Positions 47,799 through 62,363 of a DNA stretch of 64,000 nt are shown one piece after another. The stretch is from Narcine bancroftii (Eukaryota), in assembly GCF_036971445.1 (NCBI RefSeq), contig NC_091473.1, positions 211,482,001 to 211,546,000 on the forward strand, in the 5' to 3' direction. Position 1 is the first letter of the stretch. Each line of letters begins with the position of its first letter. The position numbers and the translations under genes are program-made. A model generated the notes under the pieces. That model did not search any database and was not told the DNA's origin. It was given only the letters and a program-made list of their open reading frames with translations.

Positions 47799-50700
47799 AT
47801 TTTTTTAAAACTTTCTTTAGAATTTTAAAATACATAAAGAATAATACAAAATATAATAACAAAATAAACTATATTAAAAAAAACTCCCCCCCCACCCTCA
47901 GCAAACTGCGGAAGGGGAGCAAAAAGGACACATATATCAATTAATTACATACATAGACTGTGTGATATCACAAACTTATAATAAAAAAGCTTTAAGATAT
48001 TTCTAAACCCATATATTCCAAATTATCATGTAAATTATGTTATTTTCTCCATATAAATACAATAATGTCAATGAGCCATATTTACTTCTACATTATCTTT
48101 CCAAGTAATCACCATACATTTCTGTGCTACCACCAATGCTAAACAAACAAATGCCATCTGAAACTTGTCCAACCCCAAACCAGTTAAAGATACAGTATAA
48201 CTCAGCAAAAATATTTCTGGGTCTAATGGCAATTTAATCTTAAATAATTGTTCAAAAAATACTCTATTTTTTTCCAAAAATGGTTGTACTTTGTCACAAA
48301 GTCAAACTGCATGTAAAAATATTCCAATATGTAGACCACATTAAAAACATAAATCTGAATTACTAAATTCATATCTCTTCAATTTATCAGGAGTCAAATA
48401 AAACTGATGTAAAAAATTATAATTAACTAAACTATATTTAGTAATTTAGTCACCCTGTCTTGACACATAACTTCCCAATCCTCCTGGATTCATAAAGATA
48501 AATCTTCTTCCCCTTTAATTCTAGATTTATTCAAATTTGGATCATTCATACTAGCTTGTAACAAAGCATACATATCAGAAATAAAACCTTTTTTTAATGT
48601 GTGCGAAATCAAAACCTCAAACTTTGTTAAATTCAGGTAACTTCATTTCTATTCCAAAATGATCTATTACCAAAGCTCAGACTTGTTAATACACAAATAA
48701 AGAATTAAATGGTATTCCAAATTTTTCTCTAGGTCGATTAAAAGAAAGAAACTGTCCTTCTTCAAAACAAACCTTGATCACCTTTATACCTTCAGAATCT
48801 CAAATCTTTAAATACATATTATTTGTCGAAAAAGGAATAACCCTATTTTGATATAATGGAGTGTGGATCAAAATCTTACCCCTCAAACCTATAATAGAAT
48901 TTCTTTTAGTCCAAACCCCCTATTAAATATTTTAAAACAGGAATATTATATCCTTGTAATAAACAGGAATTCCATTGTAATGCGTGTCGAAAGAACCAAA
49001 GACTTGTTGATCCAAACCAAGGCTTTTATTAACTAAAAGACTGGAGCATATCACAAGTAGGTCGACCAGTGCAGAATGACCTGGTCTGGCTAGGAGCAAT
49101 CCTTTAAGACCTGCCAGTAGGTGTGGCTACACTCTCAGCCAATCACAGCCATCCTACACTACCATCTGTACATATGTACATATACACATTGGTGATAGAA
49201 TCTGTACTATCACATCCATTTAAATATAAGTTGATGAACCTGAAACTCAGAAATATAGGCCAACTCAACTTTAGTCCAAATAGGAGGTTGTGTGGTATCT
49301 AACATCATATTAACAAATTTTAATTGTGCAGCATCATAATAATACTGAAAATTAGGCAATTTGAGTCCTCTTAAAGCACATTTCCAAGTCAAAGTCTGTA
49401 ATGCTACCCTAGCTAACTTTATTTTCCACAGAAATTTCCTTACCACCATATCAAATCCTGAAAAAATACTTTTGGAACTGAACAGGGAATCGATTGAAAA
49501 AGATATTGAATACGTGGAAAAATATTCATCTTAATACAATTTACCAGGCCCAATAATGTTAAGGGAAGATCTTTCTGTTTATTCAAATCCACTTTAATCT
49601 TCTTCAATAATGGTACATAATTTAATTTATATAAAGAATGATAATCTACATCAACAATCACCCCTAAATATTTAATTTCATCAGACCATCGCAACTTTGT
49701 AATCTGTTTGCACTCAGTATAATCACCATCTGAAATTGGTAATATTTCACTCTTATCCCAATTTACTTTGTACCCCGACAATACTCCATATTGATCCAGA
49801 CACTTTTGCAAATGTTTCAAAGATTGTTCTGGATGTGTTAAGTATATCAATACATCATCAGCAATAAATTAAACTTATGTTCATCCTCTGCAACTTTTAT
49901 CCCTTTAATATTGTAATTTTGTCTAATTGCTTGAGCTAATGGTTCTATGACCAACAATGCAAATAAAGTTGGTGACAATGGACAACCAAGACGTGTTGAT
50001 CATGATAATTTAAATGACAAAGAAGTTTGGCCATTCAACACCACCCTAGCAACTGGAGTTTTAAATAACCCACAGTAAAAAATGGTCCAAAATTAAATTT
50101 TTCTAAAACTTTAAATAAAAATTCCATTCCACCCAATCAAATGCTTTTTCTGCATCAAGTGCGACAATCATTGTTTGGTTGGGCTGCTGCCTCGACGCAT
50201 TGATCAAAATAATCAATCTAAGAATATTGTCCATAGCATACCTATTCTTAATAAAGCCTGCTTGGTCAGCATGTACCAAATGAGGTAAATGCTTCGCAAG
50301 TCTATTTGCCAATATTTTAGCTATTATTTTATAATCTACAATTAATAAAGAAATTGGTCAATACGAAGCTACATTCAATGGATCTCTGTCTTTCTTTGGA
50401 ATTACTGTAATTATCGCTCTTGAAAAAGAATCTGGTAATGATTGCTCATCTGTTATTTGTTGAAGCACCTCTATAAATACAGGAGACAAATCTTCATAAA
50501 ACACCTTATAAAACTCTACAGTAAACCCATCATCTCCAGGAAATTTCCCATTTGGCATCTCCTGTATAGCTTCTTTAATTTCAAAATCAATAAACGGAGA
50601 CTCCAACTCTTTCGCTTCATCCTCTCCTAAAGCTGGTAAATCCAAAGCAGATTTAAAAAAAGATTCAATAGAACCATTATCCTGAACCCCTTCAGAAGTA

Positions 50701-51144
50701 TATAATTTTTGATAAAATAAACAAAATTGATCATTAATTTCCTGGGGTTTATAAGTAACTGTTGAATTATTTTTAATAGCATTAATAGTCCTCGAAGCTT
50801 GTTCACTCTTCAGCTGCCAAACTAATACCTTATGTGTTCTCTCCCCTAATTCATAATAATGCTGTTTAGATCTTTGAATTAGCCATTCAAATTGATATGT
50901 TTGCAATGTATTATAATGAAGTTTCAACTTAGTCAATGCTGCCTTTTTATCTTCATTAGAATTTTTTTTGAAAGTCATTTTCCAAAGCAGCTGTTTCTCC
51001 AACATCAAACTTTCTGCCAAATATTGTTTCTTAACTTTTGCTGAATAGCTAATAATTTGACCCCGTAAATATGCTTTCAGAGCAACCCACAAAATAAAAT
51101 TACTCTATACTGAATTAGTGTTGATACTGTACTTAAAAAGGAAA
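47799..51144 (-). mobile_element. 5'-truncated L1-like LINE related to the 1773-7816 family
   Basis: ORFs 50358..51092, 50103..50312 and 49440..49850 (ALDAEKAFD, KMNIFPRIQYLFQ); T-run at the left end; degenerate TSD cagatg(c/g)aa. Confidence 0.85.
48976..49214. mobile_element. Solo LTR (239 bp) inserted in L1
   Basis: TGTAAT...ATCACA ends, perfect 5-bp TSD TCCAT; second copy at 31354. Confidence 0.88.
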
Positions 51145-51629
51145 CAGATGGAATTTAATTCAGTCAAGTGTGAGGTGTTGCATTTTGGAAGGGCAAACCA
51201 AGATAGGACATACACGGTAAATGGTCGGGCACAGAGGATTGTGGTAGTACAGAGGGATCTGGCAACACAGACATAGTTCCCTGACAGCAGAGTCACAGGT
51301 AGATAGAGATGAAAAGAGAGCTTTTGGCATATTGGCCTTCATAAATCTAAGTCCGTAAACTATCCATTATCTGGATTGAGTGTAGGAGTTTGGATGTTGT
51401 GGTAAAGTTGTAGAAGGGATTCATGAGGCCAAATTTGGAGTATTGTGTTCAGTTTTGGTATCCTAACTACAGGAAAGATATCAATAAGATAGAAAGAGTC
51501 CAGTGAAGATTTACGAGGATGTTGCCTTGACTTCAGGAACTGAGTTACAGGGAAAGGTTAAACTGGTTAGGACATTTTTTTTCTGTGGAGAGTAGAATGA
51601 TGGGAGTTTTGATGGAAGTATTTAAAATT

Positions 51630-51741
51630 CAACCGTGCCTTCCTGTCCCGCATCGAACTTGTCAGTCACCAACGAGCCTGCAGCAGACGTGGACGTACCC
51701 CTCCATAAATCTTCGTCCACGAAGCCAAGCCAAAGAAGAAG
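51630..51741 (+). mobile_element. Very short RTE 3'-end insertion (112 bp)
   Basis: Matches the 3' end of the 21628 RTE; (GAA)n tail; 10-bp TSD atttaaaatt at 51620-51629 and 51742-51751. Confidence 0.85.
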
Positions 51742-54129
51742 ATTTAAAATTATGAGGGATCCAGACAGTGAATGTGGGTAGAATTTTTCCACTAAGGTTA
51801 GGTCAGATATAAACCAGAGGACATGGGTAAAGAATGAAAACAAAGGTTTAGAGGGAATGTGAGGGGAACTTTTACACACGGTAGTGAGTGTGTGGAACAA
51901 GCTGCCAGCTGAAGTGATGAATGTGGGCCCCATTTTAACATTTAAGAAGAATTTGAACAAGTACATGGATGGCAGAGGTGAGGAGGGAAATGGATTCGGT
52001 GCAGGTCAGTGGGACTAGACAGAAAAATACTTCAGCACGGATAAGAAGGGCCAAAGGGCCTGTTTCTGTAATGTTCTATGGTTCTAAAAGTGGGTTTGTG
52101 GAAATTGGCAGTCAATGATCATGGCGTCTGGTTGGAGACTGCAGAGATGGAATATAAGGTGTTGTCCCCCCAGTTTGTGGGTGGTGTCGACGATTGGGGT
52201 CCAGATTGTTGTTCCGATTGGGATTTTCCTTGCAGCTCCAGCTCTCTGTGTGTTTGTACAATCCCCAGTTGACCTGCTGCCCCTGTTCATCGGATTTTTC
52301 ATCTAAACTGCATCATATCTCCTGAGTCACTTCCCCTTTGTACTTGCTGGGCTGGCCTGTATGGATGGGCCCTGTCTGACCTGTACCTTGATGAATATTG
52401 AATAAAAATGGCTGTGATGGGAAGATTCTGATCTTGTTCTCGACTTCTGAAGCACCTTCAGGGCAACTTTATCTCCAGATTTAACAGCAAGTAGCTGTTG
52501 GAATGTCCTTTAAAACTCATTGACCAATGCCTATTCCAATGTAATGCTGGTAACCTGTGGATGACCCCATCAGGGATTTTGCCCCCTTATTATTCCCACC
52601 CTGGCCATACTCTCTTCAGAAGAAGTATGACATCACACACCACCAGGTTCAAGGACAGTTTATTTCACACCATCATCAGACTCGCAAACAAATCCCCAAA
52701 TTATGATGCCTTTGCCCCAAATCAACGGATCTTTTTGTAACTCTGCATTTTGCACTCATGTACTGTGAACGAGATGACTATTTGTCTGATCACTGAACAA
52801 CCTGTAACCCTGGATTTATCCCTTGGGTAAACAGATAGGCAATGATTCGGGTCGGGACCCTTTCCTGATAGGGGAAGAGGAGAGAGAGCAAGCAGGGGAA
52901 GGGCTGGGGAGGGAAAACTGACAAATATTTTTCTTTGAACTGGGTGTCCTAGATGTATGAAACTCCACTTCTGCTGACATATTTCACAGGGTCACAAGTT
53001 GTCTGAGTCACTGGTCCATCCCAGAAAACTGGAGTTCTCCAATTTCTCCCAAACATTCTACCCAAATCCTCCCCAGGTTGTCTGGACCATTCCCATTCTG
53101 AGATTGGTTTTGATCCAGAAGAAGAATAAATGAGAGAGAAAAGTGATCACGACTAATTTATTTACCACAGGAAAACATTTAACAAAAAGCAAAAGAACAA
53201 GCTTCTAACCCTTCAACCCATTGGGGACTCAACTTGAACGCCAGCTAAACAGTGGGGATGTGGAAAGGGATGGGGATGGCACTTCCTTTGCAAAGATGGT
53301 GTTGGTGGACGGAGTTCCCTTTCAGGAGCTGGGGGAGGTTCAGGCATCGGATGGTAGGGGAAGGGGTTGGGAACCACTCACACACACCTGGACACTGATA
53401 TCTCTGACTGCCAAACCGAACCTCACTGAGCGGGAGTTGCAAAGATCGAGTCGCTACAGTAAAACAAGTCAAAATTAAGTCACCTCACATTCTTCTTGCC
53501 ACCCCCACCCCCCCACCCAATCTAGTTCTGTTAACTTTGCTTCAATCAGACACATTCTCCACTCCAATCCAAGTAGATCTGCTCCTGTCTGAACGGCAAC
53601 TTGGATCCATTTGCCAACTGCAGCAACAGGTCTACAGCAGATGCCTTTTCCCTGGCTCAACTCAAAGCTCAGAACATGTGATCAGCATCAGGATGCTCTT
53701 TATCGATTGCAGTTTGGCATTCACTACCATCATCCCCTCAAAACTGATCCTGGATTTCTTCATCTAAAGACCACAAACAGTGAGCATTGGTAAGAACATA
53801 TCCTCCACTATCTCCATCCACACCGGAACATCACAGGGCTGTGTTCTTCACCCCTTCTCTACTCACTTTACCCCAGAGTCCCCAAACCTTTTAGACCATT
53901 CATCCTAAATGGTATTTTTGATACTTCATCGACCCCCAGTGCCAGATCGGGGAGTTGGTGCTGGTGTCGGACAGAGGGAGTGGTGGTCCCGGATGAGGGG
54001 GACAGCACCAGATGAGGGTGGGGGTAGGGTTGCAGTGGCAGGTGGAGGGTGAGTTTTGGTGACAGACTGGGTCTGGGGTGTGGCATATTGCTGCTTCTCT
54101 ACTCCATCAGACCATCACTCTCTTCTTAT

Positions 54130-56900
54130 TTAGAGGTCATTTAGATAATCGTATCTTTTAATCTTCCATCACATTTCTCTGCAAGTTTTTCTCCAAGCCT
54201 TTAATCTCCTCCTCGAGTCTATTACTAGCTGCCAAATATTTCTTCTTAAGCTTAGTTGTATAACTAATAATTTGACCTCTTAAATATACTTTCAAAGTAT
54301 CATAATATAAATTTACTTTGTACTGAATTCTCATTCAGTTGTACAAACAAATTAATTTGATCTCTAATAAAAATGACAAATTCAGGTCATTTCAACAATG
54401 TTATATTAAATCTCCATCTATAACTAGTTTGTACCATATCAGAATTAGTATATGACATTAGTAAAAGTAAATGATCCGACAATGTTTGACTTTTATAATC
54501 TGCATTAATTACTCTCCCTTGTAACTGGGCAGATATTAAATAAAACATCAATTCTAGAAAAAGACTCATGCCTTGCCGAATAAAATGAAAATTCTTTCTC
54601 CGTAGATTTAATCTTCTCCAAATTTCCACCAAATTTAAATCTTTCATAATCTCTACCAATCGTTCCGCCATCTTTGATTTTCTTACTGATTTTGGAGGTT
54701 TATCTAACAAAGGTTCCAAACAGCAATTAAAGTCTCCTCCCACCAATATATTATCATTCGCTTGATTCCCAGTCCCATAAAAGCTTCAGTAATAAACTTT
54801 ATCATCTACATTAGGAGCATAAACATTTAACAATGTCCATGCTTCTGAAAAAATCTTACAATTAATCATCAATATACCCTGTCCTTCTTCTCCGAAACTA
54901 ATTTCAGTGTAAAAGGCAATATTTTATGAATTAAAATTGCCACTCCACATGCTTTAAGAGTTAAAAGAAGATGTGATCACTTGTCCAACTCCTCATCCCT
55001 TTTTAATTTTAAGTGTTCTTTTTCAGTCAAGTGAGTTTCTTGTAAAAAAAGCTATTTCCACTTTCATTTTCTTAATATAAGCCAATACACGCTTTCTTTT
55101 TATCAGAATATTCAAACCCTTAACATTAAAAGTTGCAAAATTCAAGTTAGACATTTTAACTACATCAGTTCAGACACACACCAAAATTACAATTTCAAAA
55201 TCGAGGCTCCAAACTTTTTAAAAAAAATACAAAATCTTAAAAAACTAAAATCTAAATTAAAACAAAAATATCCCCCCCAAAAAAAACACTGCTAATGCAG
55301 TACCCCCTCCATCAATTGAATTATATACCCTTATTGAAAATAATTAAGACAGATTTGAAGAAGTAGAAAGTCCTACCTTTAACTTTAATAGGAAGGGTGA
55401 ATTGTATTAAAATGAACGTGCTTCCTCATATACAGTATCTCTTTCAATCTATTCCTTGCTTTTTACCAAAGATTTTTTTAAAGAATTGAATGATGCAGTT
55501 CATTTATTTTTATGGAAGAGTAAATTATCTAGAGTTTCTTTGCAAAAACGGATTTGGAAATATGCTTTAGAAGGCCTTCAGTTACAAATTTTCTGAATTA
55601 TTATGAAGCAGCAAAATTGAAATATTTTAACCAAATGTTAGATACAGAACAAATTCCAACATGGGCTAGAGTTGAATTGACCCACAGCTTTTAGAGAATA
55701 ATGCAAATTATTTTATATATAAATGGAGACCAAATTTTTAAAAGACTTATAATGTGCCTGTACTTAGACATTTATTGGAAACTTGGTATAAGAGAGATTG
55801 TATGATTGGATCTAAGGGTAAAATCACTGGTCAGTCCCCTATATATAGAAATAGGATACCATTTTCAATGGATAGTCGATACTTAAGAGTGGGATATGAA
55901 AGGTATTCATAGAGTGAAAGATTGTTTCAAGAAGGATGTTTTTCTTTTGCTCAATTTCAAGAAAAATTTGAGATATCATTGAATCCAATATTTGATTATC
56001 AATGCGAGCTTTATTTAAAAAAAATTTTGGACAGGAACTAAAGCTTCTTAATTTGACTTGGTTTGAAAAGTTAATTACGGATTCTTTGAAAAAAGATTTT
56101 ATATCAGAAATGTATGCTTTATTACAAGAAAGAGTGAATAAACCTAGTGTTTTTAAAATAAAAAATAAATGGGAGAAGGATTCACAACTTGTTATATTGG
56201 AGGGAGATTGGCTGAAGATGTGTGAAGACACTGTAACTAGATTGATTAATGTGAGATATAGTTAATTATAATTTTTTATATCAGTTATATTTGACACCGG
56301 AAAAGTTGAAGATATGCCTTTAGGGATTCAGATCTATGTTTTCAATGTGGAATACAAAAAGGAACTTTTTAGCATTCTGTTTGGTCATGTAATAAGGTGC
56401 AAAATTTTGGGGTGAAAATTAGAGAATTCTTAGAACGTTTATATAATATTCAGTTATTAGCTGATCCTTTATTATTTTTACTGGGACTCATGACAGATTT
56501 AAAAGAGATTAAAATTGGACAAATTTCAAATTGCATTTATTCACTTGGTTCTAGCTGTGGCAAGAAGATGTATAGTGGTAACATGGAAGGATGATGTAGA
56601 GATAAGTATTCAAAGAGGGCATAATGAATTGAAATCATGTATTCATCTAGAAAAAAATAACATATAGTTTACATAATAACTACTTTTTTTTAAACTAAAA
56701 TTTGGGAACCATATTTGAGATATATGGGACTGAGTGTATGTTTATATATATAATGAAGAGGCACTAATCTATTTATGTAAAAGGCTCAGTTTTTAGGTAA
56801 AGATAGGGGTAGATTTGGTTTTTTTTAGTGGGGTGGTTTGGAGGGGGGAAGGGGTAATATATTAATTTATTATTTTGTATTAATAATTTTTAAAACATGG
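54130..56900. mobile_element. L1-like LINE in two opposed pieces: APE region (-, 54130-55300) and ORF2 3' part (+, 55310-56900)
   Basis: MSNLNFATFNVKGLN start at about 55154 and VGGDFN on -; KMNVLPHIQYLFQ onward on +. Confidence 0.75.
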
Positions 56901-57790
56901 TATTTCTAGTCCTCCTCATTCAAATTTCCATGTTATTTTTTCTAATGCAACTCTTGCCATTTTCCCTTTCCAAAAAAATTTCCTTACATACTTATTTAGT
57001 TCTTGAAAAAAATTGATGGTATAAATGTAAGTAACATTTGAAATAAATTCTGTATTCTAGGGAAAATATTCATTTTCATACAATTTCAATAAATTGTTAT
57101 CAATTTTAACACCTAAATATTTTATTGCATCTCTCTGCCACTTATAATGACTTTCCTTTAGTCTGCCTTTACTGTGGGCATTATTTCACTTTTATCACAA
57201 TTTATTTTATAGCCAGGTTCTACACCATATTCTTTCAGTCTAAATTGCAATTTACTTAATGACCTTTCTGATTCAGTCAAATACATGATAACATCTTCTG
57301 CAATTAAACTAATCTTATCCATTTTCTATCTACTTTAAAACCTTTAATATCATCATCAAGTCTAATTAATTCTGCCAAAGGCTTTATTGCTAAAATAAAT
57401 AATGAAGATGACATTGGATATACTTGTCTACTTGTCCATTTGTTACCATTTTTGCTTTAAGTTTATATAAAGACCTTTGACCCCATCTATAAATGTGGGT
57501 GCTATTCCAAATTTATTGAATAAAAAATCCCACTCAGGTCTATCAAACACTTTTTCAGTGTCTAAAGTAACTACCTCTCTTAATTATGCTAAATGTATTA
57601 TACTCATTAATTTCATTACATTATCTGCTAATTTCCTTTTATTAAACAAATCCAGTTTGATCAATATTTATTAATTTAGGTAAATATTTTGGTATTCTAT
57701 TTGCTAACATTTTAGATATTATTTTATCATCTGCATTTAACAATGAAATAGGTCTATATGATGATGGTTTCAAATGCTCTTTCCCCTGCC
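56900..57790 (-). mobile_element. L1-like RT fragment
   Basis: [15 protein letters not shown] and DTEKVFDR on the minus strand. Confidence 0.7.
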
Positions 57791-58944
57791 AAAGCAAATT
57801 TAAACAAATTTTACTTAATAGATATTCAATTTTAATTGAGGCTTACTTTCTCTAACCTCTCCCAGTAAAACTAACATTCGATCCTGTAGGAACTTTACTC
57901 CATTTATTCGTTCTAATAAGTTACCCAATTCAAACAAAAAAAAGTTTAATTGTGGAACACGGCCTAGTCAGATGTCAACGTTTTTGCCCACAATGCAACG
58001 GGGCCTGAAACCGTTCCAATTACCGCAAGAAAACGGAGACAAAAACTGGAACTAAAGTACGTGACCTCCCTTTCTAACGTAACAAGTACAGAGCCCGCCT
58101 CCTCAACCGGTCTCCGATCTTCCACCAATGCCCGACTTCAGAAATCTGTCAGTCATGCCTCGAGACCATTCTCCCCGTCGAATTCGGCAATAAAAACTGT
58201 CAATCATGCTCCCTCGCACCTGCGCACTGAGGACAAAGCCACGCTTCTTTTTCTCAGGAAATACATAGAAATGCTGGAAGATCTCAGCAGGTCCCGCAGC
58301 GTCCACCGGAGGTAAAGATCTTCTCCCGACTGCTCGGACCTGAGCCCTTCTTCAAGTTGTGAGAAAAAGTCAGCGCAGGGTGTTTTCATCCTCCAGCCCC
58401 CCTGGCTGTAGCCGGAGACGAGCGAAAACCTCCACTCTTCTCCCCTTCTCCCTTTGACAGGATAGGATAGATTTCTTCCGGTCCAGAAACTGGTCCATTT
58501 CCACAGGATCTGAACTTACTGACACCCTCTCTCCTCCAATGTATAAACGATCCAATAACTCACCCCCGTCTTCCGCATGAAGGCACCGGCTTCACCCCCT
58601 GTCGCCCTCACGCCCCGCTTTCACACCGTGTACTCAGGTCAACGTTTTCCCTCCGTCTCCTGCTGCCCGTTTACAATTTTAGAAATCATCATTTTTACAT
58701 TTTGTGTACATTTTATTTTTTTCCTTAATCTTAAAACATTCCACTCTTCAAATCACCCCCCAAACACCCTCCACAATTCCGTGCTTTCTCCTGTGTTAAA
58801 CAGCAGCGGGAACTGCACCGGATCGGCTCCGATTCCCTGTCCACAGTGACCCGGTGAGAGAGAGCGACTTCTGATTGGTGGAGCGAGGCGCTGTGATTTG
58901 TTCGCTCGGGTATCCAACCAGAACTGTCACCGCAAAATATATCA

Positions 58945-59008
58945 CCAATGACAATCCTTTCTATTTCTAATCCCTCATTAGCATAGGGCGACGGGGCTGC
59001 CTATTTAA
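58945..59008 (+). promoter_or_regulatory. H2B promoter, copy 2: CCAAT, ATTAGCAT (58977-58984), TATTTAA (59002-59008)
   Basis: Standard CCAAT-octamer-TATA order upstream of the ATG. Confidence 0.7.
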
Positions 59009-59058
59009 CCTGCGCTCTTGGTTTGTGGTTATTTCGGTGTTTGAAGCTGATCGAGAAA

Positions 59059-59433
59059 ATGCCTGAGCATCAGAAACCAGCTTCCAAGAAGGGCGCCAAG
59101 AAAGCCTTGGCCAAACCAGCAGGCAAAGCCGGCAAGAAGCGCAGGAGGGTGAGGAAGGAGAGTTACGCCATCTACATCTACAAGGTGATGAAACAGGTTC
59201 ATCCCGACACCGGGATCTCCTCCAAGGCCATGAGCATCATGAACTCGTTCGTTAACGATATTTTCGAGCGCATCGCGGGCGAGGCTTCCCGCCTGGCCCA
59301 TTACAACAAGAGGTCAACCATCAGCTCGCGGGAGATCCAGACCGCCGTGCGCCTGCTGCTGCCCGGGGAGTTGGCCAAACACGCCGTGTCGGAAGGGACA
59401 AAGGCGGTGACCAAGTACACCAGCTCCAAGTAA
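59059..59433 (+). CDS. H2B: Histone H2B, copy 2, intact (124 aa)
   Basis: Canonical fold and C-terminus [13 protein letters not shown]; intact promoter and stem-loop. Confidence 0.96.
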   Translation: MPEHQKPASKKGAKKALAKPAGKAGKKRRRVRKESYAIYIYKVMKQVHPDTGISSKAMSIMNSFVNDIFERIAGEASRLAHYNKRSTISSREIQTAVRLLLPGELAKHAVSEGTKAVTKYTSSK

Positions 59434-59473
59434 AGCTTCACAGGGAACTGACCAGACAGACAGAAAACCCAAC

Positions 59474-59489
59474 GGCTCTTTTAAGAGCC
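59474..59489 (+). terminator. Histone stem-loop of H2B copy 2
   Basis: GGCTCT-TTTA-AGAGCC followed by ACTCA and HDE-like AAAGTGTTG. Confidence 0.93.
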
Positions 59490-59976
59490 ACTCACAGTCT
59501 CACTGAAAGTGTTGTACCACAGTTTCCATAATAATTTCCGAGCGATTGATTATCTTGAAATTTCCGCTTCACGCGTTTATTCTCAGTTTGTGTTGATCCA
59601 AGTTTGCGATTTCGGTGCTGCATGTTCCTGGTGTCGCTGTTGAATTCCTGCCCCCTAAAGGGCCACGGAAACGTTTTATTCTCATCTGTTTTTCACGGTC
59701 ATTGAATATGTTGACAATTAGGAGCGATTAATGTGGGCAAAATACAAGCGTTTTCACTGTTCAATTGCGACTATGGGTGCGTTCTATGATCTGAAACCCC
59801 GCATGTTGTAATTGCCCCGAACGCCATCAGTCAGTTCACGGTGTTTTTCCGGAGGAACATTTACTGCTGAGAATCGTTTCCTTTCCCACATCTGTTACTT
59901 CTTGAAATAAATCGGGTAACTCTTTACAGCGATTCTCGGGACATGAATACACACGATGTAAATGTGTCGTGATTGA

Positions 59977-60663
<687 letters not shown>

Positions 60664-61272
60664 AACGGCACGAAGCGAACCCAGTGATGCAAAGGCTCTT
60701 TTCAAATGCCACGAAAGTCTGGAGGAGCTGGCTGGGGTGGGGAGATGGGTTCTATGAATTTTTTTTTATAATTCGGCGAGTTTCTGGGCAGAATAGAATG
60801 GTCTGGACCGGAACAGAATTAAGATGTAATAATTTCGCCCAAGTCCACATCCCGACACGGTATTACGTATACTTAATTCAACCTGCTACAAACGCAGACA
60901 AGCGAAATCCTTGCGGTCAACCATCGGCTGGACATGGTTGTGGAATTGTCAGATTGCAGGTCGACCTGACGGAAGAGAGAGCGTAAATCCCGGGTCACCG
61001 CGGTTAGCGGGATTGAATAGTCATTTCCACGTCATTAAAGCAGAAGATTGGTGTTGGTTTTGTTTTTACGTCACGATCAAGACACAAAAAGCGCCATTTA
61101 ACACACCCAGTCCAAATTCACAGGACAGAGATGGGACAAGAACCGTTGGGGTTTCCAGCTGTTCTCTGCTGAACATTATTTTCAATCACAGAAAATCCGG
61201 CAACTACACAAGACGTCACAGCTCATTTCTCTATCTTGATCGTGGCTTTGAAAAGAGCCTTTTGTGGTGTTT

Positions 61273-61625
<353 letters not shown>

Positions 61626-62363
61626 TCCACTTCAACAGTGTACACACAATCTGAGACACGAAGACTGAAATAGTGAAACCTGCTCAGGCTCGGACTTGTA
61701 ACTAATTGGTGAAGACCCGCCCCACCGCTCTGAATGGATGGAGCAGAGATGGCAATCATCGTGTTCCAGGGCTGTGATTGGTTCCATCATCATACGACTC
61801 ACAGGGCCGTTTCAGACCTGAGAGAGAGAGAGAGAGAGACGCACACAGAGGCTGCAGTGCGATTGGCTGAAGTTTATTTTCAAATTGCCCGCCAATTTTG
61901 GAGAACGGTTTGATGGAAACTGGTTCTCCCTGATTTTCACTCAGATCAAATCAAATTCATTTTAAATATCAGTGAATTTTCTCATTCCACCAGTGTGTCT
62001 GAAAATGGGCCATTGATGGACTGAACCGCTGCTGAAGCGGATGGAATTTAGCTCGGCTGGAGAAAAGCGACTGCTCCCTCAATAAAGTTGTGTGGAACAG
62101 AGAGCGGATATCACCTTGAGAAAAACTTTGGCTGCAGATCACACTTACTCTTTAAATCTACCATGAATTTAAAGTCTTTCCTCGTCAACTCCTGAGCATG
62201 ATATTAGTTAAATAAAATCTAAATACATGATGGAATTATTTTCAGAAAACAAATTATTAAAATTTAATCCCAATTTGTTCACGTTGCCAGATCACTGCTC
62301 CCTCTGTGAGGCCGTGGGTGGCTCTTAGAATGTTTTTGTTGTGTGGAGAAAGGACGGAGTTCT

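Larger units (their letters stand above)
45400..52080 (+). mobile_element. CR1-type LINE (pieces 45400-45845, 47705-47798, 51145-52080) hosting several nested insertions
   Basis: RT reads through the junctions: WISKF|ADDTKIGG and WQM|EFNSVKCEVLHFG. Confidence 0.8.
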
